From contig NW_027271066.1 of the NCBI RefSeq assembly GCF_040938485.1, positions 124,001-188,000 on the forward strand: a stretch of 64,000 nucleotides of DNA, read 5' to 3'. This DNA comes from Diadema antillarum. Taxonomy: Eukaryota. Numbering within the stretch: position 1 is the stretch's first letter; every line of letters starts with the position of its first letter. The translations under genes and the position numbers were made by a program. The notes beneath the pieces are model-generated. The model made no database searches and was not told the DNA's origin. It saw only the letters and a list, made by a program, of their open reading frames with translations. This document shows positions 11,582-24,668 of this stretch, in pieces.

Positions 11582-13361
11582 CCATTTTCCCTCCCAGAAA
11601 TACGCTTATTCACAACCCATGGTACAGATTGGAGCAAAGATTGCAGTCAAAGGACACTGCAGCAAAGATTCAGGGATGCTCAATCCATCAGAAGCTGCAT
11701 GCACAGTAGCAACTTCCGAATAGAGTATGGCCATTGTGAGTAAACAAATGAAAATTTCCAAGAGAGATTACAAGATATACCCCAGTTGATACTCTCATTT
11801 CAATAAAAATGTATGTCAGTTTCAGCGTTCAATGTCATCACATCGATTGCACTTACTTGGGTCAAGATGCTGCATGAAGTTAGCTGTCATTCTATTAAAT
11901 CCATCTGATTGGTATCGCTCTAGAAGGAGAGAGAGGGGTTCTCCTCAGCCTTCATTGTTATAGAAATACATCGCGCTCCAAGAGTGATTCATCCTCAGGA
12001 AACTAGGAGACTATGCAAGCTCCGCGCTACTTCCGATCCCTATTAAACATTTAAGGTTTCAAAATCAGTGCTTGTTTTCTGATTGAGAACTCCACTATTG
12101 TTTCCTGTCGGGAAAACGCAGTGAAAATCCGTGATTTACTGTAAAGTCGAGACGTGATTGACTTTGAGCTCTTCAAAGTTTGACGGATCATTTTTTTAAC
12201 TCTGAGGATTGTTTGGCGGGAAACGTATAGGGCGAGATAATATCAGCCTGACGAATAGTTCTCCAAAAAGGATGATTGACATACTCGTGAAAAACATACA
12301 GCTGGTGAAACGTTTCACGGTCAACAACGTCTGAGGATCATGTTTGCGTCTAAAAACTTCGAACTTATCAGTCTAAAGGAGTAGGATTGTCTCCCAGAAG
12401 ATGCGAGAAAACGGATTTTGTCATTGATGTTAGGCCTTGCCTGTAAGATGCCGACCCAGTTTGCTGTTGTTGTTGTTGTTGTTGTTTTTGTTCATTATCA
12501 GCTAAGCAAAGATTGCCTCTTTGAAAATGCTCAAACTTTAGTAATTTGCGTTCGCGATGACATGCATTATAATTTATACACGTTATAATTATGTGTATTA
12601 TAACATTATGATAAACATGCACATATACATACGCGGTGCATGCATTTATGTCGATCGGGGAATTGTACATAAATTACTCAAACAAAATTTGTGGTCCTGC
12701 TGTTTCAGGTCTGTGTCATTAATGGACAGATTGATAGCTTGTTCTCTGTTCATTGATATTGTAGGTGTGTCAATTGTAACTTTCGTTGTTCTATGTCAAT
12801 GTGATTTCTTAGTTCGTCTGTGGTGATCTTTGAGGTGATATGCATGGTGTGAGATGTAGAATAATCTATATTTCAGTGAAATGTATTCCGATAATTTCTA
12901 GGGTTAGTAGACGTTTCTTTTGTCGGATTCGGTTTTAGTATACGTACGTAATATCAAAATCGATTACATATAAATTGAAAAAAAAGAAAATTAAGCAAAC
13001 ATAAAAAGGTTTATACATTGTTTCACGTTTATTCCTGTTACTCCTAGCGTAAGGATAAATAGACAAACGTCCAATTCATCACTCTTGATAGAGAGAGAGA
13101 GAGAAAGAGACAGGGAGAGAGGCACAGAGAATCAGAGAAAGAGAGGGAGGGAGAGAAAGGGGGAAGTATTACGAACACATTCCCATTATCTGTTGCGTTG
13201 CAATGAATTGCTGGCATAATCGAGGGAGTTCAGAGTCAATCATATAGAACATCATTCCCTTGCTGATAAAGTTTATGGAAAATATGTGCGTGTATACTAG
13301 TATGCATTTTATAACATCATGCATGGGCATGTACTCGCGTATGTGTGTATTTGTATCTATC

Positions 13362-13365
<4 letters not shown>

Positions 13366-13403
<38 letters not shown>
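13366..13403. repeat. (GT)n microsatellite
   Basis: Direct dinucleotide run. Confidence 0.9.
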
Positions 13404-13404
<1 letters not shown>

Positions 13405-14909
13405 ACGCATATTATGTATGTATGTGATGTGTAATCTTGTATGATTTTGTTTGCGAATGTTTAAGAGACAATGGGCAACCGGACTAATAGGGGGAAAAAA
13501 GCAGCAGAAGATGTAACAGGGACAGCAGCACGCTCATAGCAGTCTTTTGTCTTGGCCAACAGGATAATGCCGTCAATAACAGCATATCTGCTTTACATTT
13601 ATAGTAAAACATTAGCTTGATTTGACTCTGGACCTGAGAAAGTGGGTTACGGTAGTGTCCTGTTTTGGGATTATAATACGCATGCGTTAATATTCCTCTC
13701 CGAAATCTTACAGTCTTACGGGCATTATCTGGCAAATAATGACGATGCTTACGCTTTGAAGCCCCACTCCCCTCTTTTGACATCACAAGTTTAGCCTATA
13801 CTGTATTCTCAAGCTATTGGTTTGCCTGTGAATCAGTAGCAAAACAGTACGCGTGGAAGGAAGACACTAAATCTTCTGATCACAACTATTGAAATAATAG
13901 ATTAATAGATTAATTCTAATTAATAGAAATAGATTAATGTACGAAAATAACGTTATGAGTTTTGCATAATCAGGTGATAAACAAGTTACGATGTCAATAT
14001 GTCCCTCCTTTCATGTCAATAAAGCAAGGTCACAAGAGACACAAATAATATAATTACGATGACTGCACATGTATATGACTTATACTTTATAATTTTCAAA
14101 TTCTGTGATTGGTCTTTTACCACAAAACTTCTTCTTTATTCCTCTAACATATGACTAAAATCGAATACTTTTCCTTTCCTAGTTTTGTTTCTGTTTTTGC
14201 TGTGCCATCTTTGGCAGCTGCTTGGGATGTCACGGGCTATTACCGGAGAGATTGTGATGAATATCATAGCAATGATTGGAGTATCATTCAGACAACATTT
14301 ACTGCTTTCTTGACGTTAGAAGAAAGTCCAAGCATAGACCTCAGAATTTGGTAATGATTTGTAACCGAATTTGAATACATCCACTAACTAAACACAGTGG
14401 ATTATTTTGTTTTTGGCAGAGACAAACAATGACATAACTTTTGTGATATACTGATTGGTATGCACGGCCATGCAGTGAATTATGTATACTGTAGTTGGAC
14501 TAAAAACAGGCAAACTAAAATTTGTTCGTGGATAAATGCAATGTCCAGTTATTATTGTTAATATCATGAAGTTATGCCAATTACTTAGTTATACACGATG
14601 ATGAATTCACATGTGTTTGTGTAATAATTTTATGTGTAAAAGAGAGTGTGGACGCACATATTGTGTCCAATACAAGCCACTACAAAACACCAAGAGTTTG
14701 TCTTATAAAGCCCCCTAAAACCTGACTTCTTAAAGTATAGCGGCGAAATGTAAAGCATGGCGTCATGTCAGGGATGATATTATGTTTGCCATCAGTATTT
14801 TATTTCATTCATGCCGTATTTCATACCACTTTCTTTAAAAGATCTCTGTGATGCAACCGTAACTTAATAATAAATTATTCTTATGTTTATGGGTAAAAGT
14901 CTTTAAGTT

Positions 14910-16050
14910 TCAATCATTGTCAAAGTGGTTTTGTGACAACAGATTAATTGTTAATATTGAAAAATCAAATTATATGTATTTTTTAAAGGTAGAAAAAAGA
15001 TTCCAGAATTGGAACTTTATGATGTAAAAATGAATGATGTAAAATTATCTCGAGTAGAATATACACAATTTTTAGGGGTTTATATTGATTGTAATTTGAA
15101 CTGGAAAATACATATAACTATGATGAATAAAAGAATTTTGAGAAATATTGGAGTAATTAATAGGTTAAAAGGTATTTTATCTGCAAAGGTTTTGATTTTG
15201 TTATATAACAGTTTGATTTTATCTCATTTGAATTATTGTAATGCTGTATGGGCGAATACTCCTCAATCAAATTTACACGACACTTTCATCCTTCAAAAAA
15301 GAGCAATTCGACTCTGTACAAACTCGCATTATAAAGCGCCGTCAATGCCTCTGTTTCTGAAAATGAATGTTTTGAATATATATCAATTGAATGAATTTAA
15401 TATTCTTATGTATATGTACAAGCATAAAATGAGTTTGCTACCTGAGATGATTTCTGGTATGTTTGAATCTAATTATCAAATTCATAGTTATAATACTCGC
15501 ATTAGTAATACAAATACCGTATCATTTATTTAAGGTAGATAAGATGTATGTAATGCACACACTTAGACACACTGGACCCTCATTGTGGAATTCTTTACCA
15601 GATACAGTTATAATTTCTCCAACTACAAATATTTTTAAGAAAAATCTGAAAAGACACTTGTTAGAAAGTTAGAGTGGTCATTATGAAATACACTATGATT
15701 ATAGATACTTTTAAGGTTTTTGTTTTCTAGGAGTGATATGACTAAACACTATAATTTCATTAATGATAATATATTTTTTGTGTATGTTTGTCTGTTTGTT
15801 TGTTTGTTTTTTGTAATATTTTCACCTGTCCTACGTCTTGATCGTAATGCAATATTATTTCCTATTATTCTGTCTGTTGGGAACTACCCTGACAAGACTC
15901 CGGTCTTTTGTAGTTTCCATGTTTCATTAAGTTATTATTTTACGTACGCATGTTCATGTACTCGTTTACTGTCCTCAGATTGTCATTGTACAAATTATAT
16001 GTTTTTTAAATGAAACAGAGTAAAGTTCAAGTTCAAGTTCAAGTTCAAGT
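14910..16050 (+). mobile_element. 5'-truncated LINE (L2/Crack/Daphne-type): end of RT plus C-terminal ORF2, 3'UTR and (GTTCAA)n tail
   Basis: KWFCDNRLIVNIEKSNYM, then (frameshift) QFLGVYIDCNLNW...LYNSLILSHLNYCNAVW...LQKRAIR, and GPSLWNSLP in another frame; short tandem tail AAGTTC x5 at about 16023-16050. Confidence 0.85.
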
Positions 16051-16356
16051 TTTCTGAGGTTTTCTTCAGTTACCTCCTAGAGCCTGTTTTAAAGTTGTTA
16101 GACGTGAACATAATTGTCCTAGTTTGTTCTATATCTGCTATTATTCGGGATGTTTGTTGTGTATTCCCTATGTTTTGTTTGTGTGTCATCACTGAGAGCC
16201 AAGTACTGAAAAAATTAAAAGAACTACATGTATAATCATTGTTGAAGAACATACGCCATTTGATTCCATGGGAATTCACTCATCAAATACAACAGTGTAC
16301 AACCCCTTCTTACACGTCCACACATAAACACGCACACAGAACAACTCTTCTCTCTG

Positions 16357-16392
<36 letters not shown>
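16357..16392. repeat. (CA)n microsatellite
   Basis: Direct dinucleotide run. Confidence 0.9.
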
Positions 16393-16402
<10 letters not shown>

Positions 16403-17593
16403 GTACATACCCACATTAAGGGTACAATGACTCAAAGCTTCACTACAGACAAGAATCAATGAATCCTTGTTGTTAGGGATTTTATTTTTCGCAATAAATA
16501 GATTAAAAAATGAACAATGATAAACAAAAGGATGATAACAAATAAATAAAGGAATGTGAAAAAATAGTGAATACATCACCTCTTACATGTACGTCGTAAT
16601 AACGATAAAAAAGGAAGAGCCGAAGAAAGAGAGAAAAATAATGTATAAATAGAAGTCATAGTAACGTTGTCAAGGACGTTGCTAAAAGCCAATGTGTACG
16701 GGGAAATGTACCGCTCAATGGGATGGGAAACTTCCTTAACTGCTTTGTATATAAGTCTAAATGACATTAACGCACATAGCTGTTACAAAATCGTTCATGT
16801 CTACTGGTATAAAACAAAAGACTGTTAATGGCATGTAATTAAATTTCAGTTCCCGGACTATTCGCCTCAACAGCTAAGGGACGTCTGCATCTATATTCGG
16901 ACGCTTCGCCTCTTCTGCGTTTATTAACGTCAATGCCCTGGTTTTCCCGCCGCGCTCCCTGCGATCGGAATACCTCTCTGCTGGTCTTGATGTCGGCTCA
17001 TATGAACGTCCTTATACAGAGTCACTGCATTTGAACATAATGAGAATCATTGCTTTAATGTTAAGAAGCGCGTGACTTGACGCGAAAGATGATGCAAGAA
17101 TGGAGGGCAAAGCAAGCGTAAAGAGGGATACAATACATAGCACAGCATGAGTAATGAATATAATGATTTAAACATTCATTTCATGGAAGTATCGTTTTCC
17201 ATTAAGTCGTTGGCAGTCTTTGACAGGTTTTGTCATGAGTTGAAGTTAGAGATCATGGAGTTACAAATCTGTGTGATTGCCCTTTATTTCACCTCTTGTA
17301 AAAGTAAATAAATAAACAAACAAACTTCTTAAACAGTAATACAAAAACCATGAAAATGCTCACGTGGCTCTGAACACACAAAATTGAAATAGAAGTAAAA
17401 TTTTCGTAAACCCCTTTTTTCTCATACAGAAAGAACCCATGGCAAGAGTAATGAACAATCCTTCCACCTCCCTTCCTGTGAGACCTTTGCGAATACCTTT
17501 CGTAATATGTAAGATCATTTTATTTTGATACTCTCACTAATTGACTTTGACTATAGCTTAAAATAAGAAAACAAACGACATACCCACCATGTC

Positions 17594-20030
17594 TTAGCAG
17601 GCGCCATCCCTAGCTTTAGCGAGCTGGCGATCCCCCCTGATGCAAGCGGAGTATCGCAGGTCGCACAGGCTTTTGTAGGTGTGCCCATCCGTCCCACAAA
17701 CCTGCATGGTCTGGGCAACATAGTTGGTGGGGCAGGGGTCACAGGTCTTCTTCAGGTCATCTGGGCACCAGTGGTAATGAGGAAAAGAGGTTTTTCTCTT
17801 TTAAATTTGGTAATCCCATTGACGTAGCAATCACTGTCTTTTGACAGAGTATCCAATTCAATAATCCAAAGAGAGCAGCTATGGACAAGGTGATGTACCT
17901 AGTCAGCGACGGGTCTTTTTTTTTCTTTTGCTTTGCATAAGTTTCTCTGGGAAGGAGGATATGGTTTAACTGGCTCTATTCAAAGCAATTAACCTGTTTA
18001 GCAGTAAACCCATCGAAGATTATTCTGTTATAAATTTGATCCTATTGTTTCGAAAAATTTTGTTTTTGTCATCGTCGAACTATTTGATTAGCCTAATTTG
18101 GAACTCTCTTAGACAGGGCCATCTGAATTAGTTATTGTTTGCTTTTGCACAATTTATATATAAAAACCTGTAACAATGATAAGTTTTATTGCCTAATTAA
18201 GGCTGTCGTGCATTAGGACATAGTCTACCTCAGTGAAGGAAAGTTTCAGGATTGGTATTTACTCTTGAAATGTCAAGATCTTGAAAGGGTAGACAAACAC
18301 GTCTGAGCTTACCGTAATTAGACGTTGTGGTGCAACCGTTGCTACTGCCACCCGGTTCTCCGTTGTCGCATCCATTATCTCCGTTATCTCCGTTATCTCC
18401 GTTATCGCCTTCGCTTGGAGCCTCAGGTTCTGGTTTAGGCTCTGGAGCAGGGGCTGGAGCAGGAGCAGGAGCAGGGGCCGGAGCTGGTGCAGGGGCCGGT
18501 GCAGGAGCCGGAGCCGGAGCAGGGGCAGGAGCAGGAGCTGGAGCTGGAGCCGGTGCTGGAGCTGGGGCAGGAGCGGCTGGTCGTGGTACAGGTACAAGCT
18601 GGGGTTGACGCGGTACAGGTGCGCGAGGAGCTGGTGCCGGCGCTCTCGGAACAGGCGCCCTGGGAACAGGCGCCCTGGGAACAGGTGCCCTCGGAACGGG
18701 AGCCCGTGGAGCAGGTGCTCTCGGTACAGGGGCACTTGGAACAGGTGCTCTCGGCACAGGAGCTCTTGGAGCGGGAGCTCGTGGCTGGGGCGCGCTGACT
18801 GCGGGGAATCCAGCAGGAGCTGCTGCCGGGAAAAAGGGGGCAGGGGCAGCGGCAGGAAATCCCGGGGCAGCGGCAGGAAATCCCGGGGCTGCAGCAGCAG
18901 CCACTCCACCACCAGCGGCTTCAGCCTCAGCTGCAGACACACCTCCTTCTCCGCCATCGCCCCCTTCTCCACCATCACCCCCTTCGGATGCACCTTCTTC
19001 AGCCGACGCAGCTGCAGCAAATGCTGCCCCTACACACTCCTCGCTGCTGTCACTGTCACAGCCAGCTGAAAAGAGAAAAAAATCACTATATGATCGTAGT
19101 GTGTTTTCCATTGCATCCAGATGAATGTTTCAGTAGACAAAGTTTCCAACAGCTAGGGACTACATGAACTTTATAATGAGTTTTTTTTTTTACTTTTGTT
19201 TTTAGTGGTATCAAGATTCCGCATGATGACTTGACTAGAAGTCTAATTTATTCTAGCGAAATTTAGGAGTCTTGAAAGTGTTTTTCCAAAATGCTTTGAG
19301 TAAGTACCAGACAAAAGGTATTTTTCTTCTTTTTCAAATTAAGTTATTAGTCTGAATTGGGATGTAATTACCCGCTGCTACTTCAAAACCGACAGCTCCA
19401 TCCGCCGCATCGAATGCCGCGAAAAAGCCACCTTGCGGAGCGGGAGCAAAAGCGGGAAATGTAGCACTTGGGGCTCTTGCAGGGAAGCCAACCGCAGGTG
19501 CGCTTGCCGGAAAGCCGACTGCTGGAGCCCGTGGGACTGGGGCATAAGCTGGGGCACTTGGTGCCGGTGCTCTGGGAGCAGGGGCTCTTGGAGCAGGGGC
19601 CCGTGGAGCAGGAGCCCGCGGAACAGGGGCAAATGGTGTTGGAGCCCTTGGGGCAGGAATTGGGGCTCGTGGTGCAGGTGGCTGAGGGGCTCTTGGTGCT
19701 GGGGCCGCCGCAGGAGCGCATCCTCCTGGACCACACCCGCCGCCGTAGGATCCTCCGCTGGTATCACACGAATATCCAGGATCACCGTTGCTGCAGCCAT
19801 TGTCATCTCGTCGTTCTGGTGACAGCAAAGTGATAATCATGAGGTTGAAATCATTAATAAAGTTGGTAGTTGTTTGCGCATCTGTAGTGATTTAACATGA
19901 AAGGAAAAGTGGCCATTGATTGTTAGAACTCTTGAAAACAAGACGATATCTTACCTCTGGGAGCTGATATCACTACGCCCAAGGTGCACATGAGGGCAAA
20001 AAGTGTTGCAAGAATCCTTGTTGACTCCAT
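17594..20030 (-). CDS. Gene B: secreted Pro/Ala/Arg-rich protein with acidic Gly/Asp/Glu spacers and a C-terminal Kazal domain, 479 aa; candidate skeletal/tooth matrix protein
   Basis: Coding exons 20030-19955 (MESTRILATLFALMCTLGVVISAPR+G), 19815-19372, 19065-18313 and 17760-17594 (DDLKKTCDPCPTNYVAQTMQVCGTDGHTYKSLCDLRYSACIRGDRQLAKARDGAC*). All phase 1, 1440 nt in frame. 3'UTR intron 17583-17025. Confidence 0.87.
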
Positions 20031-20419
20031 GACTCGAAAGTTACCCTGAAATGCAAGACAAAATTAATGACTGTGAACTTTTCGATGTGAACGAAAATTT
20101 CATCTCGTTGATTTAGGCCTACATAAAGTAAAACAATCAAAACGAAGCTGCTGAAATGCTTTTAAAAGCACTTGATACGAAAAAGAAGCTTACAGACATT
20201 CACCATCAGTTCACTTTTCAAAGTGTTCAGTGCGTTCTATTCTAAACAGTTTGTCAGGATTGGGTGTAATGTGGAATGCACATCACGTGTTATAGTAAGG
20301 AAATGAATGAGTGCAAGAGGAGTAAACAAAAAAAGTACAAACAAAATACAACATGCTCTCTGTTAGCTGAGAGAATCAAAAATTCAAGAGTGAATTATGT
20401 GAATAATGCATGAACTTAC

Positions 20420-20556
20420 GATTTCTTCGAGAATGCGATTTCTTCAGAATACGAGTTCGCAACAAATATTCCTTTCCTTTCCTTTCCGTGGTCTTTCTTT
20501 CGCTTTTCGAATCCGACCGACTGATGGTTTCTAGCTGTAAGTCGAGCATTTTTATA
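20420..20556 (-). promoter_or_regulatory. TATA box and non-coding first exon of gene B
   Basis: TATAAAAA at 20556-20549; donor GTAAGT at 20419; acceptor TTTCAG with exon start at 20045, 15 nt before the ATG. Confidence 0.65.
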
Positions 20557-21399
20557 CATTTTGGAGCTGCATTCCGTCAGTCCCTTTGAATGCATAAAAG
20601 CTACGACATTTGGTTAAGATTTGATAAAATCGTTCTTTTGTGTGGTTACTTGAAGTTTCTGCTACTGCAGTAATTTATCACAACATCACAAGAAGCGGTT
20701 GAAGAAATGACATCGTCTTCATTGATGTTCACCTCGGACTGCGTTGACAGACAGTCTCCATCTACACAAGGAGATACCTCGACATTTAGGAGGCAATCTT
20801 GACTACACGTTATCTATCACTATCAGTATTAAAAGGTTAATCGCGAGCACCCTACATCTTGACAGAATATGATTAATTTCATGACGTAATAGCGATAATC
20901 ACATTCATTGCGGAAGTAAAATTGATGTCGGTGTCAATATCAGTCTCTGTATTCCAGTCGTTGTGCTTCTGTATCTCTGTTGTGTTTCACTGTCAGGGTA
21001 CAACCGAAGATCGCAGGAAGTCCTAAAACGAAGCTGAATACTTCACTAATCTACACCAAGAATCCTGAGATTAGAGTCCGTCAATTATCACTGCCTTTTT
21101 CCTCATCAGTCACTGGCAAGTTGTATCTTGTCAAGGAATAAAAAAAGAAAGAAGATTGTGGCCTGCATTTGCTTTGATACGGCCTGTTGACCAAGGTGAA
21201 TACGATAGGGCCCTACGTTGTGTGTTTATGAATCTCTTTGGATGTATAAAAACGTGCAGTAATGTAATGTTAATTCCATTAGCAATGGAAAATCCCTGAA
21301 AGAAGCTTAGAGAGTTAAATTTCAGACTTAAAAAAAGTGATACATCTAAAAGATTATGCAAAAAGGATATGTCGCATTCTTAGTTCTTCATTTTGAAGA

Positions 21400-22130
21400 A
21401 ACTTGTCTTGGTTTGAGAGGGGATAAGTACTCATGAATAAGTATTCGGAAAGAGTTATCGATACATTTTATTCCAAGTAATGAAGAACATGTTTCATTTG
21501 CATGACAAACTAGAAGGTAGGTTAGATATTCAACTTCAAACTATCAAATGCTTCCGACTAATCAGGAACATTTCGGACATTTGATTATGTTGTTACAATC
21601 AATTGATTAATTTGATTTCGAAGTTAGTGTTTAATAGACGGTTTTGACTCTGAAAAGCAGTCTGAAGAGCAAAGTATTACTCGGTATGTCGTACAATATA
21701 ATACCTGAGTCGAACATCATACCACAACACCGCTGAATATGGTTAGACCTCTCCTCAACTTTGAAAAGCTTTTGATGAAATTTATCGAAGGGCCTTCTAG
21801 AGAAGACTTTTGAATGGTTAACTTATATTCTTTCGAAATATAATGAAAATGCAAAACGTTATTCTTCTGGGCAAAATAGTTATTTCAACACGTTTATTCA
21901 AGGTACAGGAAATGATTCTTTCCGACTCTTGCTCACTATATAGTTGTACTCTATTGGGTCTATAATGTAAAGTCTCTTCTCTGACATTTTTCCCCCATTT
22001 GCAGCAGGTTTTACATTTATGTGCATTATGCATAAAGTCCCCAAGACTTCTAAGTAGGCCGTAACATAGTAACGAAATTTGGTCTATTAGCAATTAAGTG
22101 TAACTCTGTTATTCAATTTATTCAGAGAAC
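21400..22130 (+). mobile_element. Possible decayed L1/Tx1-type LINE 3' end
   Basis: Broken frames give EHFGHLI and NVILLGKIVISTRLFK, resembling the post-zinc-knuckle ET..HL and NxIILxAKxxI motifs of Tx1/L1 ORF2; many stops. Confidence 0.3.
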
Positions 22131-22319
22131 AGCAGCGTTTTATAGAAATTAATGTAAAGTGACTGTTTTGTGTTAAAAAATATGATCACACTTTCATACA
22201 CTGGAAGAAAAAATTACACCCGACAAACAAATGAACAGCTCTAGAGTGTAGAAGTTGGGACCCATTGATTACTTTAATGTGATGCTATAATCAATTATTA
22301 CGGCTAATATATCGACTAG

Positions 22320-22322
<3 letters not shown>

Positions 22323-22364
<42 letters not shown>
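22323..22364. repeat. (TA)n microsatellite
   Basis: Direct dinucleotide run. Confidence 0.9.
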
Positions 22365-22366
<2 letters not shown>

Positions 22367-23468
22367 TATATAAATATTAGCATGTGTGTATTTATGTATA
22401 AATGTGTGTGTGTGAGTGTTTGTGTCTACACGGTAAATTTAAGATTTAAAATATGCATGACTTTTTTACTTACATGATATCTTTTATCATAATTTGGAAA
22501 CTCTTTTAGGGAAATTCATTATGTATTTTTTTCATATATCTTTTTATGACGGAAAATAAATGCAATAGAATATCATACAATAAAATCTTTCGTTTCAAAG
22601 ATTGAGTTCTTGAAGTTACGCTTCATTTATTTAGATGCAAGCTTGCAGCTAACTCTTTTAGGACCATAACCTGGCAATACAGAGGGTATCATTGTCATTA
22701 CATCCAACAGAGTTACAAATGATTGTTAGTTAATCTGTTGGTCAAACACATCCACATCAACCGACCTGAGGAGAACTTTCTTGGACGCAGTCATTTTCGT
22801 AGAAAGCATACCCACACTAAGAATGACTGAACATGCAACCGAATGATATTGATTGATTTGAGAATCAATCAACTGAATGCTTTAGAAAACCGAAGGTACT
22901 TTAAACAGCAATGAAATTCACTTGGCGACAAAGGTTTTTTGTTTCAATGAACTTTAATTTTCAGGCGCGCGTTTGATGCAACGCTGCAATAAATAACTCA
23001 ACTATAAACAAAATCATACAAACAAAAATATAAAAAAAATCAACACATAAACAAAATATGGGAAATAAATTACAATAGATTACAAAAATAATATTTTGAC
23101 AAACAGGGCAATGGACTACGATAATGTAATGAACGTCTTACAATGTACCACAGGTCTTCTTTTTTTCTAGGAATTTACTTTGTTATTCAAAAAGACGTGT
23201 CTTCAAAGATTTCAGTTGAGAGATACATGACGAATGTAGAGTATTCACAACGTGGAGAGAATCGAAGAGTCGTTATCCTCTGTTCCGGAGCGCTGCACTC
23301 GTATAAGTGAGCGTCGCTGTCTTAATTGGATCATCTGTGGTTTTGCCACCAAATTTTGAAAGACGAGAAGAACATTACCACCTGGAAGAGATAAACGAAG
23401 AATTAGTATTAGAAAAAGGCTTATATTACATAATGACTAACGCGCACATCTAAAGGAAAACAAATACT

Positions 23469-23824
23469 TTAAAGGTCCTTTTCACCTTTGGTAGCAGTGA
23501 TTAAAAAGATGTTCGAGTAATCACATTTGATGCATATGTGTACGTTAGTGGTATCACTAAACATCCTACCATACAAAAATTTAGCAATAAAGCCTAAAAT
23601 AGAAAGAGATATCACTATTTTCTCACTAAACCAGAACTATAGACGGTTTAGTCTAGAAATTTTTTTATCATAACTGTTGTTCACATCTTCTATATTTAAC
23701 ATTGCTAATACCTATTAACATTATTATATTGGTTGTTTCTATCTTTGCCTCACATTTCAGAACTATTTTGAAGCACCAAAGCTGGGTTTTTGTTTCATCT
23801 GCAAATGATAAACAATGCCTTTAA
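23469..23824. mobile_element. Non-autonomous TTAA-flanked DNA element (Kolobok-like), copy 1
   Basis: TTAAAGG...AAATGATAAACAATGCCTTTAA; aligns along its length with 46967-47338 (shared TAGACGGTTTAGTCT and TTTCAGAACTATTTTGAAGCAC). Confidence 0.75.
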
Positions 23825-24668
23825 GTGATTCAAATCTTTCTAATTTCATGATGCATCCATTGTGTGGTTAAAAGAGTTCACTGGCCGTGTACAAGGCGTT
23901 AACAATGGATATCTTGACAAAAACATTAAAGACTTCGGCAAATTTTAAATCATGATATTAGAAAGAGGAAGAATTGTGTCACGGACCTGGAACCCAAATA
24001 GGTTCTCGTATATATGACGGACGGAAATGTCTAAAGTTAGATATATAAATAACTTTCCTCAATGGAACGACAGTGGGTTGGAAAACAGATAATATCTCAG
24101 ATCGTGTATGATTTTCGTTTCCCCAAGATGATTTGGGACACATTTAAAGACAATCCTAGCTGTACGAAAGTTGGCAAAGTAATATGATTCCCTATATCAT
24201 TTACCCATGATAATGTCTCGTTCATTAGAAAAGGCAGTACGTCTGTTTGTTTGTTTGTTTGTGTGTGTTTTTTTTAACAGGGGACACAATGGTGATGGTA
24301 AATCCTGAATGACTTGGGCCATCCAACTGCTTGCACCAAATGTTGGCAAAACTTCCTGTTATCACCTGCCCGCCGAGCCTCTCCGTACTCTCTTTCCAGT
24401 TGTTATGACTCCAAATCACAAACCATGATGCTGGTCAGATACGACTAATATGAATCGCGAAACCTAGTGTCCAAAGGCTGCACATCTTGCCCTCAGTTGC
24501 AATTTGCCAGCTAATTCAATTACAAGAATTCACTATGTTGTGTAACATATGGCACACTAATAATCAAAGTTTGTATTGGGTTATGTTCGGAGAGAGATTG
24601 TCCTAAGGAAACTGATAGGAAGATATTTCTCTTAGACATATTCTCTTGGTCATGTTCTCACCTATCCT

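Noticed and set aside
13484-13786. 100-aa minus-strand ORF between genes A and B
   Set aside because: No recognisable motif, composition bias or splice support.
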